Positions 37,260 through 46,467 of a stretch of 64,000 nt of DNA are shown one piece after another; position 1 is the first letter of the stretch; every line of letters starts with the position of its first letter. Origin of the DNA: a virus; the IMG/VR virus record IMGVR_UViG_3300031576_000014, positions 30,583 through 94,582 of that record, one strand, 5' to 3'. The notes under the pieces were generated by a model. It was not told the DNA's origin and did not search any database. It was given only the letters and a program-made list of their open reading frames with translations. The translations under genes and the position numbers were made by a program.

Positions 37260-39011
37260 CTAGAGACCCATCGGCGTGGCGGTCCGCGCCTGGTAACGGT
37301 TCGTGCCCGCCGCGACGAGGTCCTTCTTCATCTGGAGGATCACGCGGTCCGGGTCCTCCTGCCGGAAGTCCTGGTGGATCTGGAACGTGTTGTTGAAGAA
37401 GTTCACCTGCGGCGGCGCCGCGAAGACGTCGGGCCTCCAGCCCGCGCCTTTCTTGATCTCCTCCGCCGCCTTCTTCCCGGAAGGCCCGAGCGCCGTGAGC
37501 GTCTTGATGAACTCCTGAGCGCCCGCGCCGAAGATCTCCGGGCCCTTCGATGCGAGGGTGCTCTTCATCGCCTCGGAGTCGACGATCACGCTCGCGATGT
37601 ACTTCTCGATCCCCTTGTTGTGCGTCGACGCGGCCCACTTCCAGATGTTGGCAAACTCGGTCGCGTCGAAGTGAGCCGTCGCCTTCGCCGCGTCCGCTCC
37701 CGCAGCGAACGCTTTGTTGTGGAGGTCCCAGACCTGGCTCCACTGCGCCTGGAACTCCCCCTCGTCGTGCCCGGCCGCCATCATCGCGTCGTGCATGCTC
37801 TTCCGGACGCCCTCGATCTCGTCGGGCGTGAGCACCTGCGCCATCCCGCGCTCGCCGCCAGCAAGCTCCTCCGCCTTCCGGATCGCGCGGCCCGAGAGCG
37901 TCTCGAGGCCCCCCTTGCCGACGGCGCCTGGCATCAGCGACTGGAGGGTCGCGATCTCGCGTTCCAGCTCGTCGATGAACCAGTCCCAGCCCATGCCCGC
38001 GAGCTTGATCGAGTCGGCCGCATCTTTGATGAACTCCGCGCCCTTCATCAGGTAGTTCGCGAAGTCGTCTCCGTCCGTGAAGAACCTGTCGAGCACGCCC
38101 CCGATCGCGTCGCCCGCGGCCGAGAACGCTTCCTTGATCTCCTCCGAATGCGCGAGGAGCGAGTCGCGCACGACCGCGATGCCGCGCATCAGCGGGTCGA
38201 CGATCGGCCCGCCGGCGTCCTCCATGAACTGCTCGATGATCGCCTTGATCGACCCGATCTGCTCGTCCCACGTCTTCGGCAGGGCCTCCATGCGGACGCC
38301 CATCTTCTCGACGGCCTTCTCGGCAAGCTCCATCTGCTTGTCGACGCTCATCTTCATCATCTGGCCCGCGACCTGCTTCGCGTTGCCGTGGAGGAGCCCC
38401 GTCGCGGCGATCATCTGCACGAGCGGGTTGCGCGCCCGGATGATGCCCATCTCGATGTTCGCGAACGCCTCCGAGAGCTGTCCGGGGCCGCCGGGCACGG
38501 CGCGGCCGGCCTGCGCCATCGCCTCGGTGAGCTTCATCGTCTGGTCGATGGTGTGGCCGCCCCGCTGGAAGATGTCGCCGAAGACCTCGTTCATCTCGCC
38601 GCCCGAGCGGCCGACCTCTTTGCCGACGTTCTCCAGTTCGTCCTGGAGGTCGTGCGCGAAGATGTTGATCGCCTGGATGCTGTCGCCCGCCGTGTCGAGC
38701 AGAAGCATCGAGTTCGCGAGCTTGCGGACGTCGCGCTCGTTGTCGAGGAACGCCTCCGCCGCCTCCTTCGCGACGTCGACGACCTTCTCGAAGCCCTTCT
38801 CGACCCCCTCGAAGAGCAGCTCGCCCGCCGCGAACTCGACGACGTGCTTGACGCTGTCCCCCCAGGCCTGGCCCGCGTGCTCCCCGGCCATCGAGCCGCG
38901 CTCGCCGGCCTTCTCGAGGTTCTCGCCAAGCCGGTCCGCCGCCTTCGCCGCCGGCTTGTCGTCGAGGACGATCCGGACCTTCAGCTCGCCACCGTCGATC
39001 TTTTCGGCCAC
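37260..39011 (-). CDS. tail tape measure protein
   Basis: Helical A/G/E-rich protein immediately after the chaperone pair. Confidence 0.8.
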   Translation of the reverse strand: MAEKIDGGELKVRIVLDDKPAAKAADRLGENLEKAGERGSMAGEHAGQAWGDSVKHVVEFAAGELLFEGVEKGFEKVVDVAKEAAEAFLDNERDVRKLANSMLLLDTAGDSIQAINIFAHDLQDELENVGKEVGRSGGEMNEVFGDIFQRGGHTIDQTMKLTEAMAQAGRAVPGGPGQLSEAFANIEMGIIRARNPLVQMIAATGLLHGNAKQVAGQMMKMSVDKQMELAEKAVEKMGVRMEALPKTWDEQIGSIKAIIEQFMEDAGGPIVDPLMRGIAVVRDSLLAHSEEIKEAFSAAGDAIGGVLDRFFTDGDDFANYLMKGAEFIKDAADSIKLAGMGWDWFIDELEREIATLQSLMPGAVGKGGLETLSGRAIRKAEELAGGERGMAQVLTPDEIEGVRKSMHDAMMAAGHDEGEFQAQWSQVWDLHNKAFAAGADAAKATAHFDATEFANIWKWAASTHNKGIEKYIASVIVDSEAMKSTLASKGPEIFGAGAQEFIKTLTALGPSGKKAAEEIKKGAGWRPDVFAAPPQVNFFNNTFQIHQDFRQEDPDRVILQMKKDLVAAGTNRYQARTATPMGL

Positions 39012-39014
39012 CCG

Positions 39015-39341
39015 CTACTGCTCCTCTCCCGCGCGACGGATTGACCCTTCGCCGTTCATCAACTCTACAAGGGTCTCGAAGTCGTCGCGCATCTGCGTCA
39101 CGGGGCGATGCTCGTAGTAGTCCGGCGAGACGCGCCCGTAGCGTGCGAGCCGCATGCGCATCGCGTCTCGCCGCTCGACCGCTGCCCGCGGATCGAAGCG
39201 CTCCGCCGCGAGGTCGAGATGCCAGAGCCCCCCGTACCAGCTCGGATAGTAGAAGAAGACCTTCGCGACCCAGTCGTCGACCTCGAACGGGTCCTCTACG
39301 TCGGCTGAGATCGTGCGACCACGTAGCAGTTCACTAAAAAA
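39015..39341 (-). CDS. tail assembly chaperone, frameshifted C-terminal extension (GT-like)
   Basis: -1 frame ORF entered at the TTTTTTA slippery site; ends 3 nt before the tape measure start. Confidence 0.7.
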   Translation of the reverse strand, partial: FFSELLRGRTISADVEDPFEVDDWVAKVFFYYPSWYGGLWHLDLAAERFDPRAAVERRDAMRMRLARYGRVSPDYYEHRPVTQMRDDFETLVELMNGEGSIRRAGEEQ

Positions 39342-39925
39342 TCGAGCGTCTCCATCTTTCCGAGCTGGTGCGTGCGCACGTAGTTGTTGACGACCGCCTT
39401 CCGGCACTTCGGCCCGATCTCGTTCCAGAACTTCTTGAGCGAGTTCGGCCCCACGCCCCCTCCGCGGTCGACGGCCATCCCGTCGACGACCCGGATCGTC
39501 GCCTTCGCCAGCTCGATCGCGGCCCTCTGGTTGTCTCCCCGCGCCCGCTTGTACGCCTCGATCTCCTCGTAGTCGGAGAGCGTCCAGGCGATGCAGACGC
39601 GGTCGCCCTTGTGCGGGGCGCGCGTCCAGGGCGCGCGGAACCGCATCGCCGCTATCTCGACCCCCGGCGGGACCTTGAGCGTGTTCGGGATGACGGCCCA
39701 GTCGGGCAGTTCGCTGTCCTCGACGTTGCCCGGCTGGGGCGGCTCCGCCTCGTCGTCTTCTTCGTCCCCTTCCTTCTTCTCCGCCTCTTCGTCTTCGTCT
39801 TCAGACTCTTCCGGAGCAGCCGGCGCCGCCTCCGGGTCGACCGCGAACTCCGCCGCGGCCTCCTCCGGCGTGAGCTTCTTCTCTCGAACGCCCGTCGCGT
39901 CCTTCTTAGCCGTCGTTCGTGTCAT
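39296..39925 (-). CDS. tail assembly chaperone (G-like)
   Basis: Between tube and tape measure; slippery heptamer near the 3' end. Confidence 0.75.
   Translation of the reverse strand: MTRTTAKKDATGVREKKLTPEEAAAEFAVDPEAAPAAPEESEDEDEEAEKKEGDEEDDEAEPPQPGNVEDSELPDWAVIPNTLKVPPGVEIAAMRFRAPWTRAPHKGDRVCIAWTLSDYEEIEAYKRARGDNQRAAIELAKATIRVVDGMAVDRGGGVGPNSLKKFWNEIGPKCRKAVVNNYVRTHQLGKMETLDFLVNCYVVARSQPT
39335..39341 (-). other. programmed -1 frameshift heptamer T TTT TTA
   Basis: GAT TTT TTA GTG in frame; a rare T-run in a very GC-rich genome, at the canonical position. Confidence 0.75.
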
Positions 39926-40085
39926 GGCGCCTCTCCGTTTCCCTTGGTGGGTCCTCCCGCGCGGGCGATCCCAGGAGGCGCTAACTACTGGTCGGGAAGG
40001 CCGGGCTGGTGCCCTGCCTTCCTCGAGCGTCTCCCGCGCGTTCGGACCCTCAGCTAGCGCCTCGCATCTGCTAAAACTGCGTACC

Positions 40086-40520
40086 CTAAAACTGCACGTC
40101 GTGGGTGTCGGCGGCGTAGTCGAGCTTGAACTTGACGTACTCCGTGCCCCCCGCGACGTTCATCGGCAGCTCCCCGAACTTCACGTCCGGCACCACGATC
40201 GTCGGCGTCTGCTGGTTCGGGAAGGCGAGCACCGCAGAGATGTTGAAGACGACGTCGGGCGTGACGCGCCTCTGCCGGTCCGTGACGGCCGCGAGGAAGA
40301 CGAGGAAGTCGGACGAGTGGAGGTCCATCTCCATGTCGCCCTTCACGTGCTTGAAGACGTCGTCGGTCCTGTCGTTCGTCTCGCCGAGGTACCTCTGGAA
40401 AAGGATCTCCGAGACGAAGACCAGGTTGAAGTTCTTGATGTCGACAAGCTCGGTCTCGAGTTCGGCGCCCCTGTTGATGAGCACCGAAACTTCCTGACCC
40501 TTCAAACGTTGGCTGGGCAC
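40086..40520 (-). CDS. tail tube protein
   Basis: 144 aa, beta-rich, directly after the sheath. Confidence 0.75.
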   Translation of the reverse strand: MPSQRLKGQEVSVLINRGAELETELVDIKNFNLVFVSEILFQRYLGETNDRTDDVFKHVKGDMEMDLHSSDFLVFLAAVTDRQRRVTPDVVFNISAVLAFPNQQTPTIVVPDVKFGELPMNVAGGTEYVKFKLDYAADTHDVQF

Positions 40521-40534
40521 GTTCTCTTACCTTC

Positions 40535-43090
40535 CTACGCCGCGAGGGCGAGCGGCACTTCGCTGACGTCCACGTTCGTTCCGACCACCGTCTGGAGCAC
40601 GATCGCCTTGAGCGACGCGAGCGTGCGCACGTTCAGGATGATGCGGAAGATCCCCATCGCGAGCGACTCCTGCGTGTTCGCCGAAAGGTCGATGGAGAAG
40701 CCCGCGATCCGCTGCGCGTCCGGGTTGTTCCTGGGCAAGAGGCCGTTCATGAACCCGCGTATCTCGACGACGATCGCCTTGCGCCGCTTCTCCGTCGAGA
40801 GCTTCTTCCCGAAGGTCTTCAGGCGCCGGGCGAGCGTGTCCTGGATGAAGTCCGCCATGCGTCGGCGGTTGATGTCGACCAGCTCTGGGAAGGAGGCCGG
40901 GTCGACGGAGGTGACGCCCGACTGGAAGAACGCCCCGTCGCCGTCGATGCGCAGCGCGGCGATGCCCGCCTTCTTGAACGAGACGTAGTCCTCCATCTGG
41001 AGGTTCGCGGCGTTCGGGCTCGACTCGAGCGAGACGACCCCCAAAAGGAAATCCGTCTGCTGCCCGGGATCCTCCTCGGGCGCGAGCTGGGAGAGGATGC
41101 TCGCCATGAACCCGTCCGCCCCGACGTCGACCAGCCCGTCCGCGGTGAACGACGTCCCGCCCGCGATGCCCCTCCTGGCGATGACCGGCACGAAAGTCCG
41201 CGCGGCCGGGTAGCAGTAGACCGCCCGCTGGTTGCGGTAGGCGCCGACGCCGGGCTCCGCGATGCCCGACTTGGCGACGGCCTTCGCCGTGCCGAGCGGC
41301 GGCCTGAGGACCGCCATGCGACCGAACATCCCGCGCGCGCTCGCGTCGACCGCGTTCGTCTTCAGGCCCCGGCGCACCGCGTTCGACTGCCTCGCGGAGA
41401 CGACGATGTTCGCCTCCTTCGCGATGCTGTTCATGTCGATCGTCGAGTCGAGGGCGAGCTGGTACTGCGCGTCGATCTGCGCCTCGGTCAGCGCGGCGGT
41501 CGTCGTCTGCGCGTTGACCGCCGCGAAGCTCCCGAGGTCGGGCGCGTTCGGGACGGAGACGAGCGTGCCGGCGAGCGCGGAGATCCCTGTCCCGTCGTCG
41601 AGCGCGTGGCGCACGAAGACCGGGTACGGACCGGTGCCGCTCGCGCCGACGCCGGGGATCGCGAGGGCCGTCACTTCGACGTCCTGGGTCGTGACGAACA
41701 CGTTCGTCGCCGCCGCGTTCTGGACCACCGTCCCTGCCGGGAGGACACCGTCCGACACGCCGCCCGCGTTGACCGTCGTCGGCACCGTCAGCCCGAGCGC
41801 CGTGAGCACCAGCGCGACGCTCGCCCCGAGGATGCGCACCTGGCCGGCGTTCTTCCTGCCAGCGAAGAGGATGACCGTGGCCGACGCGCTCGTGGCCATC
41901 GTGAAGCCGGCCGCCAGGTTGATGCGCGTGATGACCGCCGCCTGCGTCTGATCGCCGGCCGTGAAGACGACGACGAAGTTCGGCTCGTCGTCGACCCCGA
42001 GCGTCAAGGTCTCGCCCCCGACGAAGGTCGTCGGATAGACGCCGACTCCCGAACGCAAGCGCGCGAAGCCGTCGTTCGAGTTCATCAGCCCGACGGCGAA
42101 GCCGAGCCCGGTCGCCGTCGTCGCGGAGCCGACCGAGATGTAGTCGGCCGCCGCGGCGAAGTTCTTCGAGATCCGGAGCCTTCCCTGCGAGTCCTGCTCG
42201 ACCGTCGTCCCCGCGACCGCCGCCTGGACGACGGTCTTGATCTCGAGGAACGTGACCGCGTCGATGTCGCCGACGTTGCCCGTGCCCATCGTCGTTCCGA
42301 CGGTCATGCCGAGGGCCACGAGAACGCCCGCGCTCGCCGCGACCACGCGCACCTGCGCGTTCAGGCCCCGGCGGATCGACGTGAGCGTGATGATGTTTCC
42401 GCCGCCGTCGGACGCGAAGGAGAATCCCGCGTACTGGTTGATCCGCGCGATGACCTGGAGCTTCGTCTGGTCCGCCGCGAGGAACGTGACGACGAAGTTA
42501 GGCGCGCTGTCGTAGCCGAGCGTCAGGGTCTCGCCCCCGACGAAGAGCGTCGGGTAGACGCCCGCGCCGCTGACCCGGACCGCCGCCGTCGCGGAGAACG
42601 TTGCGTTGACCGCCCCGGCTCCGATGTCGAGCGCGAGGATCTGCGCCGGCTCGAGGTTGTAGGCGAAGGCCGCCCCGCCGGTGATCGTCGCCTGCCGCGA
42701 GAACTGCACCTGGCCGACCGACGTGTCGGCGCGCGCGATGATCAGCCGCCGGAACTTCTTCCCGTTGAGCTGCACCCCGAGGCTGCCGTTCCAGGGCTCG
42801 CCGACGAGGGCCCCGTCCGCCTTGCGCACGCGCGCGCTCGGGTTGTTCGCCGCGACGCCGTTGTAGGTGTAGCCGACGAGCCCGAACGTGTTCTGCATGT
42901 CCGTCGCGCCGAAGACCTCCGTCGGATCGTTGTAGGGGCCGTTCTCCGCCTCGCCCACGTAAAGGACGGTCCCCGTGCCGACGCCGACGATCGACGCGGG
43001 CGGGTTGAGGTCGAGGATGTTGACCGACTCGATCTCGAGCAGGACCTCGGTCCCCGGATCGACGAGGAATCGACGGGTGAACATCGACAT
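40535..43090 (-). CDS. contractile tail sheath protein
   Basis: VGEAENGPYNDPTEV N-terminus; INRRRMADFI...C-terminal sheath domain. Confidence 0.85.
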   Translation of the reverse strand: MSMFTRRFLVDPGTEVLLEIESVNILDLNPPASIVGVGTGTVLYVGEAENGPYNDPTEVFGATDMQNTFGLVGYTYNGVAANNPSARVRKADGALVGEPWNGSLGVQLNGKKFRRLIIARADTSVGQVQFSRQATITGGAAFAYNLEPAQILALDIGAGAVNATFSATAAVRVSGAGVYPTLFVGGETLTLGYDSAPNFVVTFLAADQTKLQVIARINQYAGFSFASDGGGNIITLTSIRRGLNAQVRVVAASAGVLVALGMTVGTTMGTGNVGDIDAVTFLEIKTVVQAAVAGTTVEQDSQGRLRISKNFAAAADYISVGSATTATGLGFAVGLMNSNDGFARLRSGVGVYPTTFVGGETLTLGVDDEPNFVVVFTAGDQTQAAVITRINLAAGFTMATSASATVILFAGRKNAGQVRILGASVALVLTALGLTVPTTVNAGGVSDGVLPAGTVVQNAAATNVFVTTQDVEVTALAIPGVGASGTGPYPVFVRHALDDGTGISALAGTLVSVPNAPDLGSFAAVNAQTTTAALTEAQIDAQYQLALDSTIDMNSIAKEANIVVSARQSNAVRRGLKTNAVDASARGMFGRMAVLRPPLGTAKAVAKSGIAEPGVGAYRNQRAVYCYPAARTFVPVIARRGIAGGTSFTADGLVDVGADGFMASILSQLAPEEDPGQQTDFLLGVVSLESSPNAANLQMEDYVSFKKAGIAALRIDGDGAFFQSGVTSVDPASFPELVDINRRRMADFIQDTLARRLKTFGKKLSTEKRRKAIVVEIRGFMNGLLPRNNPDAQRIAGFSIDLSANTQESLAMGIFRIILNVRTLASLKAIVLQTVVGTNVDVSEVPLALAA

Positions 43091-43117
43091 GGCTGGCGGA
43101 CTCCCTCTCTCGCCCGG

Positions 43118-43146
43118 ATGCTCTCACGCGCGCCCGCGCTTGTCAC
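43118..43146 (-). promoter_or_regulatory. sigma70-like promoter GTGACA-17-GAGCAT upstream of the sheath gene
   Basis: Spacing and position. Confidence 0.4.
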
Positions 43147-43973
43147 TGGTCCTGGACGTCCCCGAACGGGTCGCAGGGGAGCAGCGGCACGGCAAGGTCC
43201 GGGCGCTTCGGCACCGCCGGCGCGTCGCGGTCCGGAAAGACGATCGCGACGTTCGAGTCTTCGTCGACGTTGACGTTCGTCTTGAAACGCACGTCGAGCA
43301 GCGAGTAGTTGATGAGCGAGACGACGTTGAACCGCATCTGGACGACCACCCGCGCGGTGCGCCTGTTGCGCGCGGCGTTGTCGTCGTCTGCGAGCAGCCG
43401 CTTGACCGCCGTGAAGCAGACGAGTTCGTTGTAGTACTCCGGCATCGTGAAGCGGACGCCGTACATCAGCTCCGTCGGCACGAGCGCCGTCTCGACGCCG
43501 GCGAGGACGGCCCTCCGCTCCGCGCGCGAAGACGCCCAGACCTCGACGGCGAACTCCTCGACGAACTCGTACTGCCACTGGATCACGGTCCCCGGCGCGT
43601 AGACGTCCCGCGTGGCCTCCTCGACGTAGGCGGTCAGGCCGATCGAGTCGTACTCCGCCTCGTCCGTCGAGAGGAAGACGAGCGCAGGGAAGGCGACCTT
43701 GTCCGGGTTGTCCGGGAACTCGATGAAGATGTTCTTCTCCGGGATCTGGAAGCGGACCGGGGACCCGACCTTCCCCGTGTCCGGATCGCGCTCGCCCCTG
43801 CGCGCGAAGACCAGCTCGGAGAAGTACCGGCGAAGGATGCGCAAGGCCGGCGTCCTGCCGTCCTCCCCGACCGGGGGCGGGTTGGCCCTGGCCGGAAATG
43901 TCTCGCCGAAGGGCGAGCCGAAGATGAGCTTGCGCAGGAAGGCCGACAGCTTGGGGACGAGCTTCTCCGTCAC
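43143..43973 (-). CDS. tail terminator/completion protein
   Basis: Directly upstream of the sheath; FPAL...FAVEVWA pattern. Confidence 0.6.
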   Translation of the reverse strand: MTEKLVPKLSAFLRKLIFGSPFGETFPARANPPPVGEDGRTPALRILRRYFSELVFARRGERDPDTGKVGSPVRFQIPEKNIFIEFPDNPDKVAFPALVFLSTDEAEYDSIGLTAYVEEATRDVYAPGTVIQWQYEFVEEFAVEVWASSRAERRAVLAGVETALVPTELMYGVRFTMPEYYNELVCFTAVKRLLADDDNAARNRRTARVVVQMRFNVVSLINYSLLDVRFKTNVNVDEDSNVAIVFPDRDAPAVPKRPDLAVPLLPCDPFGDVQDQ

Positions 43974-44467
43974 AGGAACGCCCTCCTAAGCTCGAGGGCG
44001 AACTCCTGCTCGAGGAACCGCGGAAGCTTCGCGAGACCCTTCTCCAGGATCCGGAGACCGCGGGGGGCCCAGATTCCTTTTCGTCGCATCGACTGGGCGA
44101 TCGCCCACGCGACGCCTCGGGCGTCCTCGCGCTTCGAGACGAGCCCCTTTCTCTTCACCCATCCGGCGAGCGCGTCGATCATCGCCTTGCCAACCTTCAC
44201 GTTCTTCCCGCGCACGCCCTTCTCGACGAAGAGCGCATGGGGCGCCGTGTTCTGGATGAGCGCCCCGTCCTGGATCCTCCGCGCGCGGAACCCCGCCCGG
44301 TAGATGCCCCGGTCGACCGGCCGCGGCTGCGCCGCCGGGATCAACACCGAGACGATGTGGGAGACGACGCGCAGGCTCGCGGAGAGCACGGCCTTGCGCG
44401 ACGCCGTCCTCGTCGCCTTCTTCAGCGTTTCGCGAAGCTCGCGCACGTTCTTGTACTTCTTGGCCAT
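43970..44467 (-). CDS. HK97 gp10-like neck/tail completion protein
   Basis: PVDRGIYRAGF...NTAPHALFVEKG; basic. Confidence 0.75.
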   Translation of the reverse strand: MAKKYKNVRELRETLKKATRTASRKAVLSASLRVVSHIVSVLIPAAQPRPVDRGIYRAGFRARRIQDGALIQNTAPHALFVEKGVRGKNVKVGKAMIDALAGWVKRKGLVSKREDARGVAWAIAQSMRRKGIWAPRGLRILEKGLAKLPRFLEQEFALELRRAFL

Positions 44468-45165
44468 CAGTCCTCCGACGCCTCGTGCTCGCTCCGCGTC
44501 TCCCCGCTCCTTCTCCGGTCCTCGCTCACGCGCTCGAGCACGATCGTCCAGTCGAACTTGTCGCCCCTCCGGGTCGGCGTCGAGAAGGGCCGGAACTTCT
44601 TCCGCTCCGACCCCGACCGGTCCTCGACGATCTCGTAGAAGAAGTCGACGTTCCGCGGCGGCCCCGAAGGGTCGAGCCGGGGGAACGCCTTGCCGACGAC
44701 GTCGCCCGGCCGGAGCTGGAGGGCCCCGGGAGCGCTCTGCAAACGCCCCGCGCGCGGGAGCCCGCACGAGTCGAGGTACGAGGCGCTCGGGACGGCGTTG
44801 CCCAAGAGGTTGTCCTCCGTCAGGGACGTCGTTACCGCCTCCAAGCGCACGGACCCGACGGGGAGGATCCCGGCCGCGAACGGCGAGAGCGAGAGCGTTG
44901 TCAGGTCGACGACCTTCGGCCGCGGAACGATCCGGACGCTCGCGAGCTGCGTCTCCTTCTGCCCCTCGCCGCGCTCCTCGCCGTCCCAGCGCGTCCAGAC
45001 GAGGAAGACCTCGTAGGGCCGCAGGCCGAAGCGGACGAGCGTCCTTTGCCGGATCCTGTCGAGCCGCGGCGAGAGGCGCTCGACCAGGTTGCGCGCGCGC
45101 GGGACCGTCGGGACCGGCTCCTGGGCCGCAAGGCACGCCGCGCAGGTGCCGCACCCGCAGGCCAC
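44467..45165 (-). CDS. head closure/head-tail joining protein (putative)
   Basis: Position in the neck block. Confidence 0.55.
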   Translation of the reverse strand: MACGCGTCAACLAAQEPVPTVPRARNLVERLSPRLDRIRQRTLVRFGLRPYEVFLVWTRWDGEERGEGQKETQLASVRIVPRPKVVDLTTLSLSPFAAGILPVGSVRLEAVTTSLTEDNLLGNAVPSASYLDSCGLPRAGRLQSAPGALQLRPGDVVGKAFPRLDPSGPPRNVDFFYEIVEDRSGSERKKFRPFSTPTRRGDKFDWTIVLERVSEDRRRSGETRSEHEASED

Positions 45166-45169
45166 GGCG

Positions 45170-45478
45170 CTACCCTCCCGGCTTCTGCCAGCGGAGCTTC
45201 GGCTTGTCGAACGAATAGCCGGAACGCTTGAGCGCCTCCCGCTGCCCGACGAGCGACTCGATGTACTGGAGGAGCCCCGGCGCGATCTGCCCGCCCGCGC
45301 GCACGACGTCGCACGCCTTCGCGACCTCCGCCGAGTCCGTGAGGTTGCTCACCATGATGCAGGCGAACTCGGCGACGTTCAGCGCGTCCTCGACAACGGC
45401 GTTGACCTTCGCGTTCGTCGCCGGCGAGCAGTCGAGGGCGAGCACGGCCAGGAGCATGGTTGCGCGGACAAGCTTCAT
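45170..45478 (-). CDS. putative lipoprotein/secreted protein
   Basis: MKLVRATMLLAVLALDC signal-like N-terminus; AGGAG RBS. Confidence 0.55.
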   Translation of the reverse strand: MKLVRATMLLAVLALDCSPATNAKVNAVVEDALNVAEFACIMVSNLTDSAEVAKACDVVRAGGQIAPGLLQYIESLVGQREALKRSGYSFDKPKLRWQKPGG

Positions 45479-45488
45479 CTTGATTCTC

Positions 45489-45905
45489 CTAGTGTTGCAC
45501 GGGCACGTTGATGTTGCCTCCACTCGAAAGCCAACTTCTCTGGTCGAACGGGTTCGGCGGGATCCCGAGCAGGTTGGCGAGCCCCTGCTGGGGGATCTTG
45601 TAGTAGCGCGCAAGCTCCGGGAGCCTCTTGCGGTTGATCTTCGCCTCCCCGACCTCGTCGACGTCCGCGAGGTCGAGCCCGCAGAGCACGAAGTTCTCGA
45701 TCTCGTCGAGCCGGGCGAGCATCTCGCGGAACTTGTCGACCGCGTTCGGCGTGTTGAGCACGCGGTTGAACGCCCCCTCCGCCATGAACGTGGTCTGCAT
45801 GGCCGCCGGGACCCCGAGCACGAACGTGGCGACGCTCTCGACGTTCGGGTAGCCGAGGTGGTGCCTCGCCCTGACCTTCTCGTCGTCGCTGATGAACGCC
45901 GCCAC
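45489..45905 (-). CDS. head-tail adaptor protein (putative)
   Basis: DDEKVRARHHLGYP; helical; follows the capsid genes. Confidence 0.6.
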   Translation of the reverse strand: MAAFISDDEKVRARHHLGYPNVESVATFVLGVPAAMQTTFMAEGAFNRVLNTPNAVDKFREMLARLDEIENFVLCGLDLADVDEVGEAKINRKRLPELARYYKIPQQGLANLLGIPPNPFDQRSWLSSGGNINVPVQH

Positions 45906-45916
45906 CTAGAGCCTCC

Positions 45917-46336
45917 TCAGCCCGCAGCTAGGGCGGGCTCCTCGTCCTTGATCTCGCGCAGCCGCACGCCCTGCGAGACGAGCAGCCGGACGTCGTACTC
46001 GTGCTCGCTGAAGATCTTGCCCTCGCGGATCGGGACGGTCAGCCCGTTGTAGAGCACGTTGCGCGTCGCGAGCACCTCGTAGCGTCTCGGCCGCGGTGCT
46101 TTGGGCTTGCTCGGATCCTCCGGCACGACGGACGTGCCGACCGGGATCCCCGGCTGGTGAAAGCCTACCCCCTCGTGGACGATGCCCTCCGCCCCCCCGG
46201 GGATGTGCGGGGCGGGCATGCGGGCCGCCGGTGCCGTCTGCGAGCGGGACTCGTCCAGGCTGCCGGCCATCGTGTGCGGCGTGACCGTCACGCCCGGCGG
46301 GACGAAGGTTGGGACTGGGTTTGCTTTTCGGACCAT
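45917..46336 (-). CDS. hypothetical virion-associated protein
   Basis: AGGAGG RBS, MVRKANP start. Confidence 0.6.
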   Translation of the reverse strand: MVRKANPVPTFVPPGVTVTPHTMAGSLDESRSQTAPAARMPAPHIPGGAEGIVHEGVGFHQPGIPVGTSVVPEDPSKPKAPRPRRYEVLATRNVLYNGLTVPIREGKIFSEHEYDVRLLVSQGVRLREIKDEEPALAAG

Positions 46337-46364
46337 GGAAGACGCCTCCTGTGCAGTCCGTTCG

Positions 46365-46393
46365 AACGTAGCGCCAGGGAGAAGCGCGCACAA
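46365..46393 (-). promoter_or_regulatory. sigma70-like promoter TTGTGC-17-TACGTT
   Basis: 14 bp downstream of palindrome copy 5. Confidence 0.6.
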
Positions 46394-46407
46394 GGCACGG
46401 AGCCGCC

Positions 46408-46427
46408 ACGTAAACCGCGGTTTACGT
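46408..46427. repeat. 20-bp palindrome, copy 5 (extends to 30 bp, 46403-46432)
   Basis: Exact copy, just after the capsid stop. Confidence 0.95.
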
Positions 46428-46467
46428 GGCGGACCTCACCAACCACATCCGACGAGGACGTCCTGGA

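Noticed and set aside
32679-43973. Tail cluster as an extracellular contractile injection system or tailocin
   Set aside because: Portal, scaffold, capsid and a full replication module are present, so this is a phage.
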